Below, in pieces: positions 8,535 to 16,752 of a stretch of 44,872 nt of DNA. Source of the DNA: Armatimonadota bacterium (GTDB taxonomy: Bacteria; Armatimonadota; UBA5829; JAUSEB01); NCBI GenBank assembly GCA_030650495.1, contig JAUSEB010000004.1:1-44872 (forward strand). The letters are read 5' to 3'. Under the pieces are notes generated by a model. The model did not search any database. It had not been told where the DNA came from and saw only the letters and a list, made by a program, of their open reading frames with translations. The stretch's first letter is position 1. Each line of letters begins with the position of its first letter. A program made the position numbers and the translations under genes.

Positions 8535-10535
8535 CTACGGCTTTCTGACTCGGATCAGCCCCTGTGCCCAGACGCCTGTCGGGGTGCGGACTGATGCACT
8601 TGCTCCAGTAGGAGTATTACGCGAAATTTTACGGGTACTACGGTCGTCCGGACGTCCAGTCACCTGGAATAGAAATGGAAAGGTTCTTTGATAAGAACTG
8701 TCATCGCTGTAGGCCACCTTGGTACTGTAATGAATATTCACTGTCCCATAGCCTGGAAGTGAATCGGGGATCCAGCTGGACCCTCCGCCCTCATCCTTCT
8801 CCGGTTTGCTGTTTCGTAGAGCGAGCGCAGGCGCTCCCCACGACGCCACGTTTTGTATATCAGGAGTTGTGAGTTCAAGTCGCGGAGTTTTGGAATCACT
8901 CCGCAGGACAAAACTCAGCAGATATATCCCCATCCCAACCTTGGGTTCTTCTAATGGAACATCCGTTGCTAAAGCTCCTAATATTGCAGACCCACCGCGC
9001 CCTTGCTTTGCAAGATCAGACAAGCGGCACAGTTGCCTGCCTGCATCGTCATTCCAGGCGATCAAAAAGCGATGCTTACGGTCGCGATCCAGATAAAGTA
9101 AATCGGAAGAGCCATGCTCCCAATCCACACCTTTGGGAACTCTGCGGGCTACCTCCGAGAGCATAGCCCGCTCGTCTTTCTGGCTTTCTAATGCCGCCTG
9201 ATTATCCAAATCCATGCTCAGGCTAAGCGCAGGCTTGGCATCCCCCGGCCACTCATACAACCAGATGGATTTCATGTACTTGACTTTGTCGTTGGGAGTA
9301 TAGATGGTACTTCCTTCTTGTGCTATACCCATTGCCCAGCTAATGTGGCCCTTGTCGGTTCTTATGTCCAGCGGGTAATCAGCCTGACTGCCCGTGGATC
9401 CGCTTAGCCGCCAGACAACAGCGCCATCCTTGGGAATCAACCTTACGTAATAGACATCCCCTGGAAGCTCCGGCGTAGTAGCGATTCCATTCACTTGTAT
9501 AAGGCACACAGGAATCTCCCAGTTTTCGGAGTCAATCCGCTCTCCGGCCATAGCCTGGGCAATATCAACGAAATGCTCTCGTAGACCATCTCTGAGACCG
9601 CTCACCGGCGCGATCGTACAACTAAACCTCATGCCTTTAGTCTTGCTGACTTCACTTATAAGCTCTGAAGGTTGCCAGCGCGCGTCGGGGAACCGAGCTG
9701 CCAGCCTCTGCAGCCCTTCATTCCAGTCTAGTTGCTCACCATTTTGCGGCGTAAAAACGGAATTCTGTTTACCAAGCGGCGTCCCGGCGTCGCTGCCGGA
9801 TTCCGCTTTCGGCAAGGCAGTAACAGATGGTTCTCCCTGATCCCGCGCTATCAGCGCCTGGCCGGCGTTTACCTGACGCCTGTAGTTACCCTTCCTCACG
9901 GAAACCAAGCCTTCTTCAACTAACACATAATCCAACGCCTGTCTCGTTCCTACTTCAAACCGCGTGCCTTGGTCAATTACCTCGAGGCGGCGAGTTAGGA
10001 CGCGAAGGCCGGACCCATGGCGCACTGAAGCAGTAACCCATCCTTTATCAAGTCGTATGGATTTGTCATCAATACGGCTGATCTTCGAGCCAGGCCCAAC
10101 TTTAAGTTGAATATCGCCTTCCATCCGTACAGTCTGCGTTTGGATGCCGGCGGCTATCTGTGTTCCCACCTTCAGGAATTGCGGCGCTGCCGCAAAGTGA
10201 TGGATTACGAATCCAATTATTACCGTTGCAGCCAATGCCCCCATCCAAACCAAACTCCGGCGGCCCCATATCGGTGTTCGGTATATCTTTTCTGTGATTG
10301 ACATGCGTGTCTCCTTCCGAGCCGGCTCCTCCAGCCATTCGGCTCTCGTCTCTTCCGGCGCTTCGATGGTATAAGTCCATTCGAACATTCTCCGCTGTTC
10401 CCGCCACTCTTCCAACAGCTTGCGGCATTCGGCGCAATGCTCCAGGTGTGCGATAGCGCGCGCCGCCTCTTCAGAAGTGGCTTCGCCATCCGAATAGCAC
10501 GATATAAGCAATATGATTCCCCTGTCGCACGCCAT
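8535..10535 (-). CDS. Zinc-finger (zf-HC2) anti-sigma factor with TM helix, FecR-like domain and long C-terminal extension
   Basis: HLEHCAEC (HxxxCxxC); TM helix LVWMGALAATVIIGFVI; FecR motifs LDKGWV, DQGTRFEV, VEEGLVSV; ATG at 10535 with GGAGG. Confidence 0.8.
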   Translation of the reverse strand: MACDRGIILLISCYSDGEATSEEAARAIAHLEHCAECRKLLEEWREQRRMFEWTYTIEAPEETRAEWLEEPARKETRMSITEKIYRTPIWGRRSLVWMGALAATVIIGFVIHHFAAAPQFLKVGTQIAAGIQTQTVRMEGDIQLKVGPGSKISRIDDKSIRLDKGWVTASVRHGSGLRVLTRRLEVIDQGTRFEVGTRQALDYVLVEEGLVSVRKGNYRRQVNAGQALIARDQGEPSVTALPKAESGSDAGTPLGKQNSVFTPQNGEQLDWNEGLQRLAARFPDARWQPSELISEVSKTKGMRFSCTIAPVSGLRDGLREHFVDIAQAMAGERIDSENWEIPVCLIQVNGIATTPELPGDVYYVRLIPKDGAVVWRLSGSTGSQADYPLDIRTDKGHISWAMGIAQEGSTIYTPNDKVKYMKSIWLYEWPGDAKPALSLSMDLDNQAALESQKDERAMLSEVARRVPKGVDWEHGSSDLLYLDRDRKHRFLIAWNDDAGRQLCRLSDLAKQGRGGSAILGALATDVPLEEPKVGMGIYLLSFVLRSDSKTPRLELTTPDIQNVASWGAPALALRNSKPEKDEGGGSSWIPDSLPGYGTVNIHYSTKVAYSDDSSYQRTFPFLFQVTGRPDDRSTRKISRNTPTGASASVRTPTGVWAQGLIRVRKP

Positions 10536-10591
10536 ATCAATTACCTCCAGCAAAACCTCAGGAGACTTCGTCTATTCCCACAAAAACCTTG

Positions 10592-11098
10592 CTAACGTTT
10601 CTCCGGAACCTTAACTCCGGCGCCCCTAAGAATCTCTCTCAGGCGCTCTTTTGCCCGAAGACAACGAACCCGAACGGCGCCCTCCTTGATCCCAAGCGAG
10701 TCCGCCAATTCTTTATAAGAAAGTCCGAGCAAGTATTTCCCAGCAAGTATCTCTCGATCTTCTTCAGCCAGCTTCAACATCTGCTCTATTACGATTCCCC
10801 GTACTAAGGACTCCGCGTCCTCCGGTCCCGCAACCACGCGTTCTTCCAAAAGCTCCACTTCCGGCCTCCGAGACCGGCGATAGCCAATAACCTTTCGCCG
10901 CAAGATAGCGTACAACCAGGCTCCTGCTTTCTCAGGTTCGCGCAGTCCCGCAAAGCCTCTATAGGCGTCCACAAGCGTATCCTGGACAATATCGCAGGCC
11001 GCTTCCCGATCACCACAAAGATGGTATGCCGCTCCTGTCAGCGGTTGTCGGTAGCGTAGCACGAGAGTATCAAATGTAAAGTCATTTAAAGTGTGCAT
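10592..11098 (-). CDS. ECF sigma-70 factor
   Basis: Region 2 ACDIVQDTLV...AWLYAILRR; region 4 GLSYKELADSLGIKEGAVRVRCLRAKERL; start uncertain (11098 or 11167). Confidence 0.9.
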   Translation of the reverse strand: MHTLNDFTFDTLVLRYRQPLTGAAYHLCGDREAACDIVQDTLVDAYRGFAGLREPEKAGAWLYAILRRKVIGYRRSRRPEVELLEERVVAGPEDAESLVRGIVIEQMLKLAEEDREILAGKYLLGLSYKELADSLGIKEGAVRVRCLRAKERLREILRGAGVKVPEKR

Positions 11099-11281
11099 AG
11101 ACTGTCCTATGACCGGGCTGATCGCACTTAAGAACGCGTCGTCAGTAATTAAGTGGAAGATTCTCATGCAAGTGTTACAAAAACTCTACGAAAATGCAAA
11201 ATAATTTTCCGGGTGATTTTGCGGGCAGAGCCAGCGGCGCCCGGCTGTTGGTTTATGTGCGGGATGAGTCGTCCAACGTCG

Positions 11282-11312
11282 AGCTTCGGGGTAAAAAGCT
11301 TCCCTAAGCATA
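11282..11312 (-). repeat. Family B hairpin repeat, copy 3
   Basis: AGCTTCGGGGTAAAAAGCTTCCCTAAGCATA just downstream of the motB stop. Confidence 0.8.
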
Positions 11313-11348
11313 GGAAGCGGAAAAATGCAGCGCGATAGACTAATACGC

Positions 11349-12209
11349 CTAATTACCTATGGAAACGCCTTTGTACTCTTGCCTTTCTGCTGTCTTGCCA
11401 CCACCGCCGTTGTTCAGTAAGCCGAATTTTTTCTCCTCCATCACGCTCTTCAGCACGACTGTTATGCTGACACGCCTGTTTGAATAGTGTTCTGGATGCT
11501 TAGGGTCGCGGGGATCGGTTGCCGCGTAACCTCTTACTTGCGCGACCTGGTTTTCTTGAAGGCCGGCGGCGTCCATCACTTGCCGCGCGGCGTTTGCGCG
11601 GTTGGATGACAGTTCCCAGTTGGTGTAGCCATATCGACTGGAGAGAGGACGGGAATCGGTATGCCCGGAGATGATTATATTATTCGGTAATCCGCGCAAT
11701 TCAGCGGTCATAAGCGCCAGCAAATGGCGCGTGGTGGGTTTAATGGCCGCGCTGCCGCTGTCAAAGAAAAGCGATTCCTTGTCGTCCAGCAAGTCTATTC
11801 TCAATCCCTCGTCCACCAGCTTAATATCGACGAAATCCTTCATCTTCTTAAACTCAGGATCGGAAGAGACCATCTTCACAATCCTCTCTTTGGCGCCTTG
11901 AAGAACCTTTCTTTCATCGGCATCGTAAGATGCTTTTGTGCGGTTGGATATGCTTCCCGCCTGGGCATCAGTAATTTTGAATAACGCGTTTCCGGCTTTC
12001 ACCTCCTGCATAAAAGCTTCGGGGTTTTTGAAATAACCTGCAATGGCGGCCTTCACCTCTTGGCTCATTCCGGTGATCCACATGACCAGGAAGAACGCCA
12101 TCATCGCGGTCACGAAGTCGGCGTATGCGACCTTCCACGCGCCTCCATGATGTCCAGCATGCGTCTTTTTGCGCTTTACAATACGAATATTAGCCTTTTC
12201 CTCGGCCAT
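11349..12209 (-). CDS. motB: Flagellar motor stator protein MotB
   Basis: HHGGAWKVAYADFVTAMMAFFLVMW plug/TM with conserved Asp; OmpA-like domain GHTD..., NWELSSNRA, NRRVSI. Confidence 0.95.
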   Translation of the reverse strand: MAEEKANIRIVKRKKTHAGHHGGAWKVAYADFVTAMMAFFLVMWITGMSQEVKAAIAGYFKNPEAFMQEVKAGNALFKITDAQAGSISNRTKASYDADERKVLQGAKERIVKMVSSDPEFKKMKDFVDIKLVDEGLRIDLLDDKESLFFDSGSAAIKPTTRHLLALMTAELRGLPNNIIISGHTDSRPLSSRYGYTNWELSSNRANAARQVMDAAGLQENQVAQVRGYAATDPRDPKHPEHYSNRRVSITVVLKSVMEEKKFGLLNNGGGGKTAERQEYKGVSIGN

Positions 12210-12218
12210 AACGTCTCC

Positions 12219-13121
12219 TTAAGCCGCCGCCTGCTCTGATTCTGACGAGGGCGCGGCTTTGTCAGCTTTATTGCGCCTCTTGCAGGTATCCTCAAGTTCC
12301 CTGAAGCTTGGCCGCATTTCCGGCTCGATGCCGCGGCGCGCGAACTCAACGGAAACCAGAGGGTTGTCCCCCCTGGCGAATGAAACAACAGCGTTCTTAA
12401 TACACGACATATACTGCCCCTCGCATTTTGCCACATTTTCACAAGCCTTCGAGAGAGGAGCAAAGATCGCATAAGCCAGCAATACGCCAAGAAATGTTCC
12501 AACCAGGGCAGCCGCGACTTTTTCACCGACTTGCTCCGCCGGACCGCCGATGGCCTGCATTGTGATTACGACGCCCAAAACCGCCGCGACAATACCGAAT
12601 CCCGGCATCGCGTCACCTATTGTCGAAAGTATGCCGGAAATCTTCATCGCGTCTTCGTGCTGGGCTTCCAGGTCTATCTCCATCATATCCGAGAGGTCGT
12701 ATACGCTGATCCCCCCCATAACAACCAGTTTCAGCGTATCGCACAGAAGATCGACCGCGTGGTGGTTGTTTTTGAATGAAGTATAGTTTGCCAGGATGTC
12801 GGATGTGTCAGGGTCTTCCACATGACGCTCCAAAGCCATCAGTCCGTCGCGACGGCTATGTTGGAACATATCGTACATCGCCTGCAGAAGTTCGAGGAAA
12901 GTCGCCTTTTTATACGGATTGCCCTTGAGCAAGCCCATAACGGACTTGATGATTGCGCCTAATGCCTTTGGCGAGTAACCGATGATGACGCTGCCGAGGG
13001 CGGCCCCACCAATTATGATGAACTCGGAATACTGCATCAGCACGGCGATGTTACCGCCGTGCATCAAGTATCCCGCAAGTATGCTTGCGAATACTACAGC
13101 CAGTCCTATTATCAGGAACAT
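12219..13121 (-). CDS. motA: Flagellar motor stator protein MotA
   Basis: EFIIIGGAALG; RRDGLMALE; PGFGIVAAVLGVV; AALVGTFLGV; VEFARR. Confidence 0.95.
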   Translation of the reverse strand: MFLIIGLAVVFASILAGYLMHGGNIAVLMQYSEFIIIGGAALGSVIIGYSPKALGAIIKSVMGLLKGNPYKKATFLELLQAMYDMFQHSRRDGLMALERHVEDPDTSDILANYTSFKNNHHAVDLLCDTLKLVVMGGISVYDLSDMMEIDLEAQHEDAMKISGILSTIGDAMPGFGIVAAVLGVVITMQAIGGPAEQVGEKVAAALVGTFLGVLLAYAIFAPLSKACENVAKCEGQYMSCIKNAVVSFARGDNPLVSVEFARRGIEPEMRPSFRELEDTCKRRNKADKAAPSSESEQAAA

Positions 13122-13341
13122 TGGCGTATAAAACCTTTCTTCTTATAAAGCATAAATATGAATGATGGCAGCCACCAACAGGCGAATTCACGCCCTGAAC
13201 CGGCGGCGACAAACCAGGTTGCGCACGATCTCCGGTAATGGCCGCAAAAGAAGTGTTCCATAAAACAAGCGTGGCGTCCAAGTAAATTCTACAGGAAATA
13301 GCGCCGATGTCATTATGAAAACGCCCAACGGCGGTTTTGGT

Positions 13342-13400
13342 GGTTGTCGGTTGAGGGTTGAGGGAAAGCTGTCAGCTGTCAGCTGACAGCTGACAGCTTT
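13342..13400. repeat. (GGTTGNN)x3 followed by the perfect heptamer-built palindrome AGCTGTCAGCTGTCAGCTGACAGCTGACAGCT
   Basis: Palindrome at 13367-13398, extending to 13365-13400. Confidence 0.9.
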
Positions 13401-13430
13401 GACTCTCTCGACTCCCTCAAACACACAAAA

Positions 13431-13458
13431 AAGGACATAACCCACCATTTGGCGAAGT
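13431..13458 (+). promoter_or_regulatory. Putative alternative-sigma promoter AAGGACAT-N15-GAAGT
   Basis: Same motif and spacing at 19089, 20263 and 39068, each upstream of a + strand gene. Confidence 0.5.
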
Positions 13459-13501
13459 TGCCGAATGTTGAATTATCAGATTTGTAAATGGAGGAAAGTA
13501 A

Positions 13502-16500
13502 GTGGCGAGAATTATGGAAAGAAGTAAGCCCGTAAAGCTTACGACAAATAACCACATCGAGCCTAAAACCGGCGAGATGATGGACGCCGCGCCGTTCGGC
13601 GAAATACGAAGTTGGGAAGACGGAAAAGACATTGGTGTCCTTTGGGAAGATTTTAGGGACATCTTCAAAGTGGTGGTCGAATTCGCCGACGCCCCGCCTG
13701 ATCCGTCGACCGTAAAACTTCAATACTGGAGCTCCGTTTGGCCCAAACGCCGCGTGCCCCGGAACGTAGTCTCAGGTTCGGGTGGAGCCGGATGGATTAA
13801 CATCGGAGACTGGTACAACGGCGAATGGATAGACGCCGATGTTGACGTGAAGATCGACGGCAAGGTGTGGACATACACCTTCCGCTCTTTGATCGCAAAA
13901 GAGTTCCCCGATCTCAAGGACTTCGACGCCGACTATCGCGCCACATACAAAGTGCGGCTTCTGTTCTCCGGCAAAGCCGCCCAAATGGCCGCGTTTCATG
14001 CGTTCACGGACACGACCTGGGATCAGACCAAAGCAATCGTCGAATGGAGCGGAAACACGGCAGCCGGGCAAGTCTGGGACAAGGTCGAGGCGTTCAACGG
14101 CTATGCTGCCAACGTCAAGCCAAAAGACGGCGGACTTGCTATGGACATCTGGTACAGCAAACCCGTAGCGATCCACTCTTTCGACGACACGATTGTCACT
14201 ATCAGAGCTAAAAAGAACAGCTTCTCATTTGCCGCAAAAGAGCTGGTAAAGGGAAAGCGAATCTACATCCGCGAATACGGCGTTCTCGTCCAATCCGCGC
14301 AAGAACCGGCGACATTTGAGGAGGTCGAGGAGGCGTATCAGAAGGCGACCAAGGACCTCTACCGGCAGATTCACGATCTTCCAGAACAAACGCTAGACAG
14401 GGCGTGGAGCGATATGCCTCGCAAGGGCAGGATTTACATGCCGCTGGCGGTCGAAGGCGGCAGGCAGCATTTCGGGATTCAGCCGAACGGCGACATCAGG
14501 ATGAGCCGCAACTGGCAAATGCGCATCCAGGCTTCGGACAGCGACAAGGCCAAGTGGAAAACAAAGGAGATGTTCATCAAGTTCGGCCTGCCACACGGCT
14601 CCAAAACCGGCGCTTGCCGTGAAGAAGGCGATTTGCCGATTGCAAATACTTGGTACGAGAAAGACGGCGTTCGCTACGTCCAGGACGCATTTGCGACCGT
14701 CCTCTACGGCAAACTCCCGCCCGAAGGCCGGATAAACGCCGAAGAAGCGCAGGCTCTGATGCTGAGATTTCGTTTTACCAACTGCAATGACATGCCATCG
14801 AAAGTCGTTCTGCCAATTGAGGTCGAGTTGCAGAAAGAGGGACTTGAGCCGCTGGTTGAGAAAGCCGGCCTGATCTACAGCAAAACGGACGAAGGCGATT
14901 TGCTTCGCGTTTATGTGAATACCAATGGCATCGCCAAGCTGACCGGCGAAGAGAAAACGATCAAATGCGAAGTCGAAGTTCCCGCGCGGAAGACCGTCGA
15001 GTTCTACGCGACTATTGCGTTCCAGACGCTGGAAACTGCTGATGAAATCGCGCAATTAAAGAAGCTGAACTTCGACGAGCAGCACAAGATGATAGCAGGT
15101 TATTGGCGTAAACGGCTGTCCGAAAGCTCCCAGCTAAAGACGCCTGAGCCGATGATAAACGAGTTCTACTCCGCCCACGCGAGCCATTTGCTCATCAACA
15201 GCGAGAATGAGGTCAATGGCCGCAACGACCACGCTATGCTGAAGGTCGGCACCTTCCATTACGGTGTATTCTCGAACGAGTCCGTTATGATGACTTCCGA
15301 TATGAACCGCCGGGGCTATCACGATCTGGTCGAAAAATGCATGCAGACCTGGATTGATTATCAGAGCACTGCCGAGCTGCCGGGCGATTACACGAACATC
15401 AACGGCGTATTTTACGGCGCAGGCGGCTATGAGGACGGCGGCTACAACCAGCACCACGGTTGGACCCTTTGGGGAATGGCCGAGCATTACTGGTTCACCG
15501 GCGATAAGAAATGGCTTGAGAAAGCCGCGCCAAATCTTATAAAAGGCTGCGACTGGATCATCGAGCAGCGAAGCCGCACCAAGACCGATGAGTGCGCCGG
15601 CCTCAGAGCCATCGAATACGGGCTTATGCCTCCGGGATCATTGGAAGATATTCCCGACTGGCGCTGCTGGATGTCCAATAACGACTTCAACTTCTGGGGT
15701 ATGAATAATGTCGCCAAGGCGCTCATCGCCATAGGCCACCCGGACGGCAAAAGGCTGCTTAAAGAGGCCGGAGATTACCGCGAGGACATCCGAAAAGCGT
15801 TCTTCGAGGCGATGGCCCGCTCTCCCGTTGTCGCCCTGCGCGATGGCAGTTACGTTCCGAGCATCCCGTCGGAAGTCCACCGGCGCGGGCGGTGTTTCGG
15901 CTGGATAACCGAGACGCTCGAAGGCTCCATCTATCTGCTCCGCACCGGCGTTATTGACCCGGACGAGCCGATGGCCCAATTGATAATGAAAGACTACGAG
16001 GACAACCGCTACTTATCCGACAGCTACGGCTACCAGATTCCGTTCTTTGAGCGCGACTGGTTCAGCCTTGGCGGGTTCTCGCAGCAGCCAAATCTACTAT
16101 GCAGTCCGACGCCGTATCTGACCCGCGATGAGATCAAGCACTACATTCGCGCGTATTTCAACGCGTTCGCGGCGGGCTACTTCCCCGAAAGAGGAATGAT
16201 AACGGAACATCCCCTACCCAATTTAGGCGACTATGCGGGCGACCATTTCAAGTCCTCCGACGAAGCGCTCAATACGAGTTGGGTCAGATGGATGTTCATT
16301 TGGGACGAGACGGACGAGCTGCATTTGGGCAAAGCGATACCGAGATATTGGCTGGCCGACGGCCAAGAGATCGGCGTCGAGCGCGCCCAAACCCACTTCG
16401 GCGAAATGAGCATCCGCCTGAAGAGCAGCGCCGCCAGCGGCAGCATTGAGATGACCGTTGAGCCTCCGACCCGCCGCGCGCCCACCGCCACCTACGCCCG

Positions 16501-16639
16501 CTTCAGGCATCCCGAAGGCAAGAGTATGAACCGCGTAACCGTAAACGGCAAGCCTTACTCCAACTTCAACGCGGAGAAAGAGTGGGTTATCCTTGAGCCG
16601 TTGAAAGAAAAGACGGTGATCGTGGCTTATTACGATTAG
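13502..16639 (+). CDS. Large putative glycoside hydrolase with C-terminal (alpha/alpha)6-barrel-like domain
   Basis: 1045 aa; HGWTLWGMAEHYWFTGDKKWL...L.KGCDWI six-hairpin glycosidase pattern; C-terminal AQTHFGEMS beta module; GGAGG RBS; no signal peptide. Confidence 0.6.
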   Translation: MARIMERSKPVKLTTNNHIEPKTGEMMDAAPFGEIRSWEDGKDIGVLWEDFRDIFKVVVEFADAPPDPSTVKLQYWSSVWPKRRVPRNVVSGSGGAGWINIGDWYNGEWIDADVDVKIDGKVWTYTFRSLIAKEFPDLKDFDADYRATYKVRLLFSGKAAQMAAFHAFTDTTWDQTKAIVEWSGNTAAGQVWDKVEAFNGYAANVKPKDGGLAMDIWYSKPVAIHSFDDTIVTIRAKKNSFSFAAKELVKGKRIYIREYGVLVQSAQEPATFEEVEEAYQKATKDLYRQIHDLPEQTLDRAWSDMPRKGRIYMPLAVEGGRQHFGIQPNGDIRMSRNWQMRIQASDSDKAKWKTKEMFIKFGLPHGSKTGACREEGDLPIANTWYEKDGVRYVQDAFATVLYGKLPPEGRINAEEAQALMLRFRFTNCNDMPSKVVLPIEVELQKEGLEPLVEKAGLIYSKTDEGDLLRVYVNTNGIAKLTGEEKTIKCEVEVPARKTVEFYATIAFQTLETADEIAQLKKLNFDEQHKMIAGYWRKRLSESSQLKTPEPMINEFYSAHASHLLINSENEVNGRNDHAMLKVGTFHYGVFSNESVMMTSDMNRRGYHDLVEKCMQTWIDYQSTAELPGDYTNINGVFYGAGGYEDGGYNQHHGWTLWGMAEHYWFTGDKKWLEKAAPNLIKGCDWIIEQRSRTKTDECAGLRAIEYGLMPPGSLEDIPDWRCWMSNNDFNFWGMNNVAKALIAIGHPDGKRLLKEAGDYREDIRKAFFEAMARSPVVALRDGSYVPSIPSEVHRRGRCFGWITETLEGSIYLLRTGVIDPDEPMAQLIMKDYEDNRYLSDSYGYQIPFFERDWFSLGGFSQQPNLLCSPTPYLTRDEIKHYIRAYFNAFAAGYFPERGMITEHPLPNLGDYAGDHFKSSDEALNTSWVRWMFIWDETDELHLGKAIPRYWLADGQEIGVERAQTHFGEMSIRLKSSAASGSIEMTVEPPTRRAPTATYARFRHPEGKSMNRVTVNGKPYSNFNAEKEWVILEPLKEKTVIVAYYD

Positions 16640-16652
16640 GAAAACAACTAGA

Positions 16653-16684
16653 GTTGGGCGGGGAACTCCAAATCCCCGCCCAAC
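16653..16684. terminator. GC-rich hairpin after the GH gene (terminator or REP-like)
   Basis: GTTGGGCGGGGA-N8-TCCCCGCCCAAC 12-bp stem; no clear U tract. Confidence 0.45.
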
Positions 16685-16752
16685 GTCTATCTGACAGGAT
16701 TGTTTTATTTTAGGTATGTCTGTTTAGCAGCTTCGAGGAGGAAGAGGCCAAA

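Noticed and set aside
11349-13121. Zorya ZorAB or ExbBD/TolQR interpretation of the stator pair
   Set aside because: MotA lacks the long ZorA tail, MotB has the flagellar WKVAYADFVTAMMAFF motif, and no zorC/D/E or tonB gene is adjacent
13130-13265. c-di-GMP riboswitch in the motA leader
   Set aside because: The region is GC-rich, but I could not find the GGCAAA..GAAA..GACGCAAA core of class I or a convincing class II core; an Rfam scan would settle it
13283-13310. sigma28-like TAAA-N16-GCCGATGT near motA
   Set aside because: It is on the + strand pointing away from motAB, and both spacing and -10 are imperfect
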